In this document: positions 27,455 through 36,813 of the stretch, one piece after another
Layout of the letters: every line of letters starts with the position of its first letter
Numbering within the stretch: position 1 is the stretch's first letter
Origin: Candidatus Obscuribacterales bacterium
GTDB lineage: Bacteria > Cyanobacteriota > Vampirovibrionia > Obscuribacterales > Obscuribacteraceae
NCBI GenBank assembly: GCA_965228855.1
Contig: CBDDIJ010000005.1
Span: 1,440,001-1,504,000 of the forward strand
Reading direction: 5' to 3'
Length of the DNA stretch: 64,000 bases
Notes under the pieces: model-generated
What the model was told of the DNA's origin: nothing
Database searches by the model: none
What the model saw: the letters and a program-made list of their open reading frames with translations, nothing else
Program-made: the position numbers and the translations under genes

Positions 27455-28345
27455 ATGAAATTGAAATTCAAAACGCTACTAGGTTTGGTGGCATTAACTA
27501 TCGGACTTGGAACCTTGCCTGCTAACGCAGGGTTCAACCAGGGTAACTGGGTCACATTCAGCGGCGAACCGATGTTCCAGGTCAAAAGCGGAGCTGCCGG
27601 CTTATCAGCTGAGCGCCGCGCCTGGGTCGCCCAGGACAACCTGGACAACGCGCTCGCAGTGAACCCGAGCAAGTCGCCGAGTACGGTCCAGGTCTGCAAA
27701 GTCAACGGTGGATACACCGTCCAGGTCGGTGGGAAATATATTCTCACAGCCGATGCCGATAGTGCACGAATGGAGAACATGAGCGCGCTCGAATTGGCCA
27801 ACGCCTGGGCCGGCGCCATAAAGGACCGACTCGCCAATCGAGACGACTCTCAACGCTACATCTCGACACTGCGAGACGAACATGCATTGCAAGCCAACGT
27901 TTCTGTAACCGAAACAGATATCGTCCGCTCGCGCGAAGAGGGCATTCCGTTCAGAATGGCTGAAGGAACACTGACCATGAGCCCCGATGTTGCTGATCAG
28001 TGCATCCTCGTGCTCAAGAAGAACGTTGTTCTCCAAAACGGCTACCTGCCGGAACGCTCTATCCTCACTGGCGTGATCTCGAAGGACGGTCAAGGTGAAT
28101 ACGTGACCTTCACGCAAGCCACCACACCGGCTGGAAACACAGTTAAGTTGACCAACGTGGTCGCCTCGGCTGCATTCTCGACAGACGCACCACATCCGGT
28201 GCTGACGCTGAACATGCCGGCTAACCCGCAAACCAGCAGTCGAGAGCCTGCACTAGTCGGTGTTGGTGCTCAAGAGAGCGACATTGCGGTCATCGAGGAG
28301 CGCAACAACATGGTCGCAGTAACCACCGACGACCTGCAAATGTAG
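27455..28345 (+). CDS. Secreted hypothetical protein (paralog 2)
   Basis: Signal peptide; AGGAG RBS; NLDNAL..TAD..ELANAWA..RYIS matches paralog 1. Confidence 0.7.
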   Translation: MKLKFKTLLGLVALTIGLGTLPANAGFNQGNWVTFSGEPMFQVKSGAAGLSAERRAWVAQDNLDNALAVNPSKSPSTVQVCKVNGGYTVQVGGKYILTADADSARMENMSALELANAWAGAIKDRLANRDDSQRYISTLRDEHALQANVSVTETDIVRSREEGIPFRMAEGTLTMSPDVADQCILVLKKNVVLQNGYLPERSILTGVISKDGQGEYVTFTQATTPAGNTVKLTNVVASAAFSTDAPHPVLTLNMPANPQTSSREPALVGVGAQESDIAVIEERNNMVAVTTDDLQM

Positions 28346-28420
28346 TTACATTCACCTCGTAAGAATCGCGAGATCCGCAAAACTCGCAGTTAACGAAGGA
28401 TTATGGATGTACATGAAAAG

Positions 28421-28454
28421 GAAAAGGACCATCTGACGGATGGTCCTTTTCTTT
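28421..28454 (+). terminator. Rho-independent terminator (likely bidirectional)
   Basis: GAAAAGGACCATC-TGACG-GATGGTCCTTTTC perfect stem followed by T residues. Confidence 0.8.
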
Positions 28455-28680
28455 GGTTCGACGGAACCGCACTATTTCAAGAGACCATAATGCTACTTCC
28501 GTTTTGTTTGCTCCTACCTGCCCGCTCCTTATGATTAGTGACAAACTGAGCTGATCCTTACTCTAATGCGCCTGCCGCTCCCAAGCCAAAAAAGAGGTCG
28601 CTTCCGCGACCCCTTCCTTTTTTCGTGGATAGAACCCGTCTTCCTGGACAGCTACCCACTAGTCATTAACAGGCTGTGCG

Positions 28681-28890
28681 TTAACCGCAGCAGTTATTCC
28701 CGTCCATGAATTCATTCACTTCTTTTTCGGCGATTTCTTTGGTGTGACCATAGCGCTTTTGAATACGACCAACCAACTGGTCGCGTTCGCCTTCGATTGC
28801 CAGCATATCGTCATCTGTGAGCTCAGCCCACTTCTCTTTGACTTTGCCTTTCATCTGGTTCCAATCACCCTTCAATTGAAGTTTATTCAT
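28681..28890 (-). CDS. csbD: CsbD family stress protein
   Basis: LKGDWNQMKGKVKEKWAELTDDD..G.RDQLVGRIQKRYG. Confidence 0.9.
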   Translation of the reverse strand: MNKLQLKGDWNQMKGKVKEKWAELTDDDMLAIEGERDQLVGRIQKRYGHTKEIAEKEVNEFMDGNNCCG

Positions 28891-29268
28891 TACTGCTCTC
28901 CTAAAGTTATGGGGAACTCGTTATCTTCGGGCCTGGCCGCAATTCAATCGGCTCTCCCATTGCCGGCGAGTACATCGCCTCTGCGATCTAATTAGCATGT
29001 GCAAATTGGGCTAATGACTCTTGTCAGCCAACTGTTGCAAAACCTGGTGTAGAAAACCGAAACGCTCGGTAGATACAAGCTTGAGCAAAGAAATTTGCAA
29101 ATTCTGCACAAGTTTAAACACGAAAAGCGCCATCAGCAGCGGCGATCCATCGAAACATACACGTTTGTGCTATATCATCTCTGTGAATTTACGGGTTGCA
29201 GTTCTACCCATATGATTGATGCATAGTCTCAACCCCGCCCAATCCCCTTACTCAAAGAGATCATTGAG

Positions 29269-29589
29269 ATGACAGTTTCCAGCAAAGACAACGAGCAAAT
29301 AGGCAGTCTCCTCGTAGACGCAGAAATCGTATCCCCCGATATGGTCGAAATTGCTCTTCAAATATCCGCCGGCTTCGGCGAATCGATCGTTCAAGTTCTC
29401 GCTGATACCAATAGAATCAGCGATTGCGATGTGCAAAACGTCCTGCGCGCTCAGGACATGGTCAACACCGGTAAAGTGGAAGCGAAAGTTGCGACACGCG
29501 CTCTCAATTTCGCACATAAGACCAGACGCGCTTTCAACGACACAGTCTGGACCGACTTCCCCGCCGAGGACATTGCTCGCGCAGCATAA
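29269..29589 (+). CDS. Small protein with an MshEN-like motif
   Basis: QIGSLLVDAEIVSPDMVEIAL resembles the RLGxxLxxxGxI motif, but is degenerate. Confidence 0.5.
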   Translation: MTVSSKDNEQIGSLLVDAEIVSPDMVEIALQISAGFGESIVQVLADTNRISDCDVQNVLRAQDMVNTGKVEAKVATRALNFAHKTRRAFNDTVWTDFPAEDIARAA

Positions 29590-30237
29590 TCGGTAAAAGT
29601 TTTTTCGTGACACTGCAGAATTGGACTTGGTGCTCGGGCGCATCAAGTCTTTTTCTTTGCGGCGAAACCGAAACAGTCGCCTCGACTAGCGCAACTTATC
29701 GTTTCGTCAGCCGGGTCCTTCGACCGTGGCGTGGATCACGTTCGCAAGCGACCGTCAGTTGTGTGCAAACCATTTTGATATTGAACCGCAGAAAAAAACT
29801 TTTCGGGAAGAGCACTTTACTGCAAATGCCCATGAATAGCGCGGTTACACCAAACTCATCATCATGCCAACGCGCATCCCCTTGAATTAATTTGATTACG
29901 ATATGACGCGGTGAAATACTAGTTTTGCGCAAAGTGCGCCATGGGCTTCAATTACGCCCACCCCGATTCCCCGCACCAGATGCAATACCATTGGCGCGAA
30001 GTTCTTATTAAACTAAAACAGTGTCAAACGTCACGGCGAAGACGCAGCGCAATATAACCAGGTTATAGCGTCGCTCATCCGTCCGACTGTCGTACCTGAT
30101 TCATCTATTCAGACGATGCCACCATCGTCGGCTTCTGTCGCACCCGTTCGGTGAGACGAGGCATCCCTTATCCTATAAATGCAATTGACGCAATCCGCCT
30201 TCCGCAGCGGATCGTCACATGCCGCCGGAGTTTCCTC

Positions 30238-31656
30238 ATGGTCGAATTAAACGCAAACAGGGAAATACAGAATCCCTATAATCAGACGCCGGACTTCACA
30301 TTCGAATTGAAGAAGTTCGAAAATTCCACCACGCTCGACTTTTCGCCATACCAGAGCGCGGAAGTACATCTGCTTTCTCCGTTGTCCAACACAGAAAACC
30401 TTCCCGGACTTGGCATTTCGCAAGGACCGGATCTGTTCCTGCCAGATGTTCAAATCGAGCCTGCATACGACTTCAAGGGAGAGCAAAGACTGGCTCAACG
30501 TGGACATAGTGCAGAAATATCAGTGGCACCATCTCCGCCTTCAGATGGTTCTGAGCAACTCAAACCAGCTCAGCCGAAGACTTCAGATCTTCCAGCCAAT
30601 GCAAGAATCGCGCTCGCGGCGGAACGCAACGCCGAAGCCAAACCATGGGTTGGTTCGCGCTATGAGCCGCAGGTGCAAAATGGTCGGTTAGCCGGTGCCG
30701 CAGCGGTTTCAATGGTGCTTCAAGACATCGGCTATGATTACGCCGACTCAGCCAATGTCGGAAAACTGTCGAGCCAACTCGAGCAAAAGGGTTGGCAAAA
30801 GGTTCCGTTGGATCAAGCGAAACCAGGTGATGTCATATATGGTGGTAGGCTAGGAAAGGATTGGCGCGCCGGCGGTGGGAATGCTCATATCGGCATCGTC
30901 GGTCAAGACGGAAAAGTCTGGCACAATGACTCGAAGACCGGCAACTGGCAGGCTGATTCAGTCGCAAGCAGTTTTCCCCCGGAAAAATATGGAGAGCAGG
31001 TCTGGGTCCTTCGCCCGCCACAGTCAGACGTCCCCAACATACCGGTGCCGAATGGTCCGGTGCGCCCGGACCGACCGCATCCGCCCTCACCCGGGCGCGA
31101 TCACCGCCCACGACCTCATTATGTACCGGACGACGTCACGCCCCGCCCGGACGACTATTCGCCACGACCTGGTGACGACCCGAACATCCGACCAGAGGAC
31201 AGCGAAAGAAACATCGAAGCAAACAAACGCATCCTCAAGAAAGCGGCTGCAAACGTCGATAGACGTCTCTGGGCTCAGTCAGACTTTGCAAATTCAGTCA
31301 AAGGCGGTCGGCTTGGGTGCGCAGCATCTGTTTCCGAAGTTCTAAAAATGTCCGGGCTTCATTACGCAAACAGCGCCGGCGTAGGCGGTTTGGTAGACAT
31401 ACTCAAACAACAGGGTTGGACCCGCGTCCCGCTTAGCCAGGCGCAGGCCGGAGACGTAGTCTATGGTGGCAAGCCCGGCACACGCTGGTGGGAAGGCGGC
31501 GGAAACGCTCACATCGGCGTCGTCGGTGAAGATGGACAGGTCTTTCATAACAGTTCCGGACGCAAGCGCTGGGTGCAAGACAATCTCACCACCGTATTCA
31601 ACTCGAAGCGCTTCGGCGACAATCGTTGGGCGCTTCGTCCGCCTCGCAACGGCTAA
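30238..31656 (+). CDS. Protein with two tandem NlpC/P60/CHAP-like amidase domains and a Pro-rich linker
   Basis: Duplicated A.VS.VL..GW..VPL.QA..GDV.YGG..GGGNAHIG.VG.DG.V.HN; GGAG RBS before ATG 30238. Confidence 0.7.
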   Translation: MVELNANREIQNPYNQTPDFTFELKKFENSTTLDFSPYQSAEVHLLSPLSNTENLPGLGISQGPDLFLPDVQIEPAYDFKGEQRLAQRGHSAEISVAPSPPSDGSEQLKPAQPKTSDLPANARIALAAERNAEAKPWVGSRYEPQVQNGRLAGAAAVSMVLQDIGYDYADSANVGKLSSQLEQKGWQKVPLDQAKPGDVIYGGRLGKDWRAGGGNAHIGIVGQDGKVWHNDSKTGNWQADSVASSFPPEKYGEQVWVLRPPQSDVPNIPVPNGPVRPDRPHPPSPGRDHRPRPHYVPDDVTPRPDDYSPRPGDDPNIRPEDSERNIEANKRILKKAAANVDRRLWAQSDFANSVKGGRLGCAASVSEVLKMSGLHYANSAGVGGLVDILKQQGWTRVPLSQAQAGDVVYGGKPGTRWWEGGGNAHIGVVGEDGQVFHNSSGRKRWVQDNLTTVFNSKRFGDNRWALRPPRNG

Positions 31657-31776
31657 AATCGAACAGGCCTGGTCTCGGAGCTTTCGGAACATGAACTGTT
31701 GCAACGCGTCATAAGTGGCAGTTGTAATTTTTAAAGCAGGTTAGTAATAGCCTCGGTAGCCGTTGTTACACCAACA

Positions 31777-32073
31777 ATGGCACCATATACGGCACTGCAG
31801 TCGAGCGACCGCAGGCACGACCTTGCTCGTCGTAAAGGAGACGCGATCATGTATAAGTGCACGCACGAAAGCGATGATGGAACCGCCAGGATTTTCTCCG
31901 AGTCACAATGCTCAATCCCGCCAGATACAATCTTCGGTCAGACCGGCACGCAACAAGAACCGCAGCCTGATATACAGTCAGCCAATTTGCTCGATTCCTC
32001 CTCATTCATGCAGGAATCCGATTGCGAAGGCGGGATATGTTCGCTCAACTGGACGCCGGGGACGCGGCATTAG
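31777..32073 (+). CDS. Small hypothetical protein
   Basis: Fills an intergenic gap; AAGGAG before an internal ATG; C-terminal CEGGICSLNW. Confidence 0.4.
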   Translation: MAPYTALQSSDRRHDLARRKGDAIMYKCTHESDDGTARIFSESQCSIPPDTIFGQTGTQQEPQPDIQSANLLDSSSFMQESDCEGGICSLNWTPGTRH

Positions 32074-32121
32074 ACCGACGCCTGGAACGCAAGCACTGGA
32101 ACGCTACCCTGAACCCCTGAG

Positions 32122-35100
32122 CTAGTCGTTATCGCCAGCTGGAAATTCATCATCACGGTTAAGCATCGTATAAATCGTCGGAACAACGATCAATGTAAGT
32201 GCCGTCGCCGTCACCAATCCACCGAGAACAACTGTCGCAAGTGGTCTTTGCACCTCCGCACCGGTGCCGTTCGAAAAAATCTTCGGCAACAAACCCATAA
32301 TCGCGACTAACGCGGTCATCGCAACCGGACGCAGTCGAACTTTCGCGCCTTCGATGGCCGCGTGCTTAACGCGAAGACCACGCTGTTGCAATTGCATAAT
32401 GTAGCTCACCATAATCACACCGTTTTGAACGGCAACACCGAATAAAGCGATGAAACCGATAATCGCTGGAACCGACAAAGGTTGCCGCGAGAGGAACAAT
32501 GCAACGATGCCACCGACCATGGCGAACGGCACGTTCAACATAATCAATCCAGCATTTTTCAGCGAGTTGAATGAAGCGAAAAGCAATATGAATATGAGCA
32601 ATAAAACCACGGGAACAACGATGGCAAGCCGCTGCATAGCACGCTGTTGATTCTCGAATTGCCCCCCCCAAACAATCTGATAGCCCTTCGGAATTTTAAC
32701 CTTACCCTTTATTTTCGCCTGACACTCCTCTACGAAACCGCCCAGGTCCCGTCCGCGTACATTAGCTAAAACAGCCGTTCTTCGTTGTCCATCTTCGCGG
32801 TTGATCATAACGGTGCCTCGCGGTTTACTAATGGTCGCGAGACTCTTTAAGGGAATACGAGCACCATCGGAGGTTTCAATCGGAATAGATTCGATGTCGG
32901 AAACTTCGTCGCGCAAACTGTACGGGAAGCGCACCAGAAGTCCGAAGCGCTTAGTGCCTTCAAGAACCTCTGTGACAATTTTTCCGGCAAGAGCGGTTTG
33001 CATAATGTCTTGAATATCGGCGACGTTTAAGCCATACCGCGAAATATTGTCGCGGTTAAGTTTGATATTTAACTGCGGCAGACCCAAAATCTGTTCTCGC
33101 TGAATATCTGCAGCTCCCGGTACTTCGGAAACGATTGCTTCGATTTCAGCAGCAATTTTGTCGATTGTCTCGAGATCTTCTCCAAAAATTTTGATTCCAA
33201 GGTCCGCTTTAATACCGGCAATCAGGTCATCGATCATGTCGCCGATAGGCTGCGAGAAAGAGTATTTCAAACCCGGGATTTCATCGAGTTCTTTAGCCAT
33301 TGAATTGACGAGCTCTTCCTTAGTTTTAGCTTTCCAGTGCTCTTTGGCTTTCAAACTAATGAAGATGTCTGCGTTATCAACGCCCTCGAGGTCACCGCCC
33401 ATACCGGATCTACCGATCTTGGTTACGACGGTATCAACTTCCGGAAATTTCACCATGGACTGTTCTACTATCGTGTTGATGCGCTGCGATTCAATGTGAG
33501 AAACACTCGGAGCTTGCTTGGTACGGAGCAAAATACTCCCTTCATCGAGCGTAGGAATAAATTCGGAACCCAGGAACGGAATCAGGCATAGGCTGGCAGC
33601 CAGACAGGCGACACAAATGCCGATAGTCCTCTTCGGATGCTTTAGCGCCAGGTAGAGACCGGGATTCGATACTTTCTTGAAAGCGGTAACAATCGGACTG
33701 TGCTTCTCGACGATTTGCCCGCGCATAAACCAGAAACAAAGCAGTGGTATCAATAGGAGTGCACAGAGCAGCGCACCAATCAATGCGTAAATGAACGTGA
33801 GAGCAAGCGGATGGAACATCTTGCCCTCCACGCCCTCAAGTGTGAATAGAGGAAGATACACTGCGATGATGATCGCAATTGCAAAAACGATCGGGCGCCC
33901 AACTTCTTGAGCAGCATTGAGAACAATATTCCATCGCTCTTTCGGAGGTTTGCCGTGAGCGGACGCTTCGGCAAGATGCCTGAAAATATTTTCGACCATA
34001 ACAACGCCGGCATCAACCACAACGCCGAAATCAACAGCCCCAAGCGTCATGAGGTTAGCGGACAAGCCGGTAAACTTCATCAACACGAAGCTGAATAGAA
34101 GAGAGAGCGGAATAATCACAGACACGATCAAAGCGCTGGGAATGTGCAGCAAAACCGCGAATAACACAACGATTACGAGCCCGCCGCTGAACAGCAGAAT
34201 TTCTTTTACGGTCTCAATCGTTTTATCTACTAACTCGGTCTGGTCATAGTAAGGATGAAGGGTGACGCCCTCCGGCAAGTCAGGCTGAATCTCGGCGATT
34301 CGCTTCTTAACTTCCTCAACTACCGCTTTGGTGTTGACGCCTTTTCGCGTAAGCACCATTCCGGTCACGACTTCGCCTTTGCCGTTCATCGAAGCGGAAC
34401 CACGCCTGAATGCAGGACCAATTTCGACTCGCGCGACCTTACCAACCTTTACCGGTATACCGTTTACTTCTTTGAGAACAATGTTCTCGATATCTTTGAT
34501 GCCTTCAATCAGCCCCAAACCGCGGATGATGACTTCTTCTCCGCCCTGCACTATGAAGTTGCCGCCCGCGTTGACGTTGTTATCCGCCAGTGACTTATTC
34601 ACATCAATAAGGCTCAAACCGTAGGATTTAAGCGCCTGCGGCGACACGTAGACCTGATACTGTTTTACGAAACCGCCATAACTGACAATGTTTCCAACTC
34701 CGTGTACGGCTCGCAAACGCCGCGCTACATACCAATCTTGAATGGTACGCAGTTCAGTAAAATCGTGACGGTCGCTGACCATGTAATAGTCGTAGACGTT
34801 GCTGAACGTTGATACCACCGGACCGAGAACCGGTCGCGGTGAGCCTGCCGGAAGTTCAATCGTCCCCAACCGTTCATTGACTACATTTCGAGCCCAATAA
34901 ACATCGGTGCTGTCTTCAAAAATAACCGTAACAACCGACAGCCCAAAACTAGAGTTGCTGCGAATCTTGGTGATGTTAGGCAAGCCGTTCATTCCCGTTT
35001 CGATTGGAAACGTGATCAGCTTCTCGACTTCTTCGGTCGCCATGCTCTCAGGCTCTGTGATGACTTGAACCTGAACGTTACTCACATCCGGAAACGAGTC

Positions 35101-35208
35101 GATGCGGATGTTCAGCATCGACCAGATGCCCAAACAAGCGATACCAACCACCGCTGCAGCGGTCAGGAGCCGGTTTGTCAAAGCGAATTTAATTAGCTTC
35201 TCAATCAT
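32122..35208 (-). CDS. CzcA/CusA family heavy-metal efflux RND permease
   Basis: IDSFPDVSNVQVQVIT, GAVDFGVVVDAGVVMVEN, EGKMFHPLA, RLRPVAMTA, AEVQRPLA. Confidence 0.95.
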   Translation of the reverse strand: MIEKLIKFALTNRLLTAAAVVGIACLGIWSMLNIRIDSFPDVSNVQVQVITEPESMATEEVEKLITFPIETGMNGLPNITKIRSNSSFGLSVVTVIFEDSTDVYWARNVVNERLGTIELPAGSPRPVLGPVVSTFSNVYDYYMVSDRHDFTELRTIQDWYVARRLRAVHGVGNIVSYGGFVKQYQVYVSPQALKSYGLSLIDVNKSLADNNVNAGGNFIVQGGEEVIIRGLGLIEGIKDIENIVLKEVNGIPVKVGKVARVEIGPAFRRGSASMNGKGEVVTGMVLTRKGVNTKAVVEEVKKRIAEIQPDLPEGVTLHPYYDQTELVDKTIETVKEILLFSGGLVIVVLFAVLLHIPSALIVSVIIPLSLLFSFVLMKFTGLSANLMTLGAVDFGVVVDAGVVMVENIFRHLAEASAHGKPPKERWNIVLNAAQEVGRPIVFAIAIIIAVYLPLFTLEGVEGKMFHPLALTFIYALIGALLCALLLIPLLCFWFMRGQIVEKHSPIVTAFKKVSNPGLYLALKHPKRTIGICVACLAASLCLIPFLGSEFIPTLDEGSILLRTKQAPSVSHIESQRINTIVEQSMVKFPEVDTVVTKIGRSGMGGDLEGVDNADIFISLKAKEHWKAKTKEELVNSMAKELDEIPGLKYSFSQPIGDMIDDLIAGIKADLGIKIFGEDLETIDKIAAEIEAIVSEVPGAADIQREQILGLPQLNIKLNRDNISRYGLNVADIQDIMQTALAGKIVTEVLEGTKRFGLLVRFPYSLRDEVSDIESIPIETSDGARIPLKSLATISKPRGTVMINREDGQRRTAVLANVRGRDLGGFVEECQAKIKGKVKIPKGYQIVWGGQFENQQRAMQRLAIVVPVVLLLIFILLFASFNSLKNAGLIMLNVPFAMVGGIVALFLSRQPLSVPAIIGFIALFGVAVQNGVIMVSYIMQLQQRGLRVKHAAIEGAKVRLRPVAMTALVAIMGLLPKIFSNGTGAEVQRPLATVVLGGLVTATALTLIVVPTIYTMLNRDDEFPAGDND

Positions 35209-35241
35209 AAGCTGCTAAAGCCTTTCAGGAGCGCGCCGTAT

Positions 35242-36681
35242 TTACTCGTTCGATGAAGCGAAAGTAATCTCGTTCTTGAGCATTAAGCTTCCCTGGGTGG
35301 CAACAACGTCACCGTCCTTAAGTCCGGAAACGATCTCAGTGAATTTGTCGCCCTCAATCCCCGTCTTGATCTGTCTTTCAACAAAACCATCGTTTGTTTT
35401 CACGAACACAATCTTTTGCTCGCCGTGTTGTTGAATTGCATCTTTCGGGCAGGCAAGAACCTTTTGCGGACTGCCTTCAAGGAAAATTTCGGCGAACATG
35501 AACTTTTTCAAGCGCCCGTGAGGATTGGCCAGACGCGCTCTGGTGGATATAGTGCGAGTCTCCGCGTGAACGCCCACTCCCATATAGTCGACCGTGCCGA
35601 GGAAGACTTCATCCGGATAGCTTGGAACCTTCACTCGGACCTGGTCTCCCAGCTTGACCTTCGGAAGGTCGATCTCAGGCAAATCCGCTTGAATCAAAAC
35701 AGTCGACATATCGGAAACAGTGAACAAAATCGTCGACGGCTGCACGACTTGTCCGACCGCAACATCGCGGAAGGAAACAATCCCGCCTATCGGGGCATGT
35801 ATATTGATAGTTCCGCTTATCTGACCATCATGAGTTACGTCATCAAGCATCTCTTTATCAACACCAAGGAACGTCAAACGCTGCATCAAAGTGTTGATAT
35901 GATTTCGTATCCGATCCGCTTCCGCCTGAGCGAGCTGATAGTCTCGCTTAAGCATTGAACGGTTTTGATAAAGATGTTCTTCGCGCTTCAAGTTTGATTG
36001 AGCTTCTTCAAATTGCGTGTTGGCTTGAGCCAGTTTCGCCTGCGCCGCCATGTAGTCTTTGGCGGCTACGATTTTCTCGGCATTGAGCTCCTTGGCGCGT
36101 TTGAATTCCGTTTCGTACAGATCCTTATTAACTCTGGCCTCATTGAAAAGCGCTCGGGCTCTAATCAATGTTGCTGGGCGCCGAATCAACTCCTCGTAAA
36201 TTTGACGCTCACGCTCTTCTTGCAATGCGGCAATTCTGAGCTTGGAGCGCGACTCTAAAAGATCAGACTCGAGGTCGCTGACTTCAGAGCTATCGAGCTC
36301 GGCTATCACAGCGCCTTTCGCGACGGTCTGCCCGGGTGAGACATTGATCAATGTGATTCTTCCGGCGATACGCGTCGAAATATTCACGTCCTTGTGCACG
36401 TCCGGTTCTATGCGTCCGGTTAGATGCAACGGCACGGTGACAGGCTTTTTAGAAACCGTTTCCGTCTTCAAATCAATCTTGGTCAATGCTTCGTCAGACA
36501 GCTTGAGCACACGCGGCCCCGCCGTCGGTGCCTTTGCATCGGCATCATCTGTTTTTGGAGCTTCACCGCAGCCGGTGAGGCTAAGGGCGATCGTGCCAAC
36601 GAGAAAAACCGTTGCGCACCTTGACACTAAACTACCGAAATTACGGCGTGCGTCGCTATGCTGTGTTGCGGCTATATTCAT
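35242..36681 (-). CDS. RND efflux periplasmic adaptor subunit (CzcB-like lipoprotein)
   Basis: Lipobox LTGC, barrel-sandwich motifs (IHAPIGG, GQVV), long coiled coil; adjacent to the RND permease. Confidence 0.9.
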   Translation of the reverse strand: MNIAATQHSDARRNFGSLVSRCATVFLVGTIALSLTGCGEAPKTDDADAKAPTAGPRVLKLSDEALTKIDLKTETVSKKPVTVPLHLTGRIEPDVHKDVNISTRIAGRITLINVSPGQTVAKGAVIAELDSSEVSDLESDLLESRSKLRIAALQEERERQIYEELIRRPATLIRARALFNEARVNKDLYETEFKRAKELNAEKIVAAKDYMAAQAKLAQANTQFEEAQSNLKREEHLYQNRSMLKRDYQLAQAEADRIRNHINTLMQRLTFLGVDKEMLDDVTHDGQISGTINIHAPIGGIVSFRDVAVGQVVQPSTILFTVSDMSTVLIQADLPEIDLPKVKLGDQVRVKVPSYPDEVFLGTVDYMGVGVHAETRTISTRARLANPHGRLKKFMFAEIFLEGSPQKVLACPKDAIQQHGEQKIVFVKTNDGFVERQIKTGIEGDKFTEIVSGLKDGDVVATQGSLMLKNEITFASSNE

Positions 36682-36813
36682 TTTTTCGGCGAACTTCTGT
36701 TTCCGGGTTCTCTTAACTAAAGCTCAGAAAACCCCCTTCTCTCAAGTACAGAATACACGATCAGAATGCTCTGTCGCTCAACAGATCACACAATTATTAC
36801 GGCCGCGTGATCC

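Noticed and set aside
32122..36681. RND pair lacking an adjacent outer-membrane factor
   Set aside because: Common arrangement; a TolC-like gene is often encoded elsewhere
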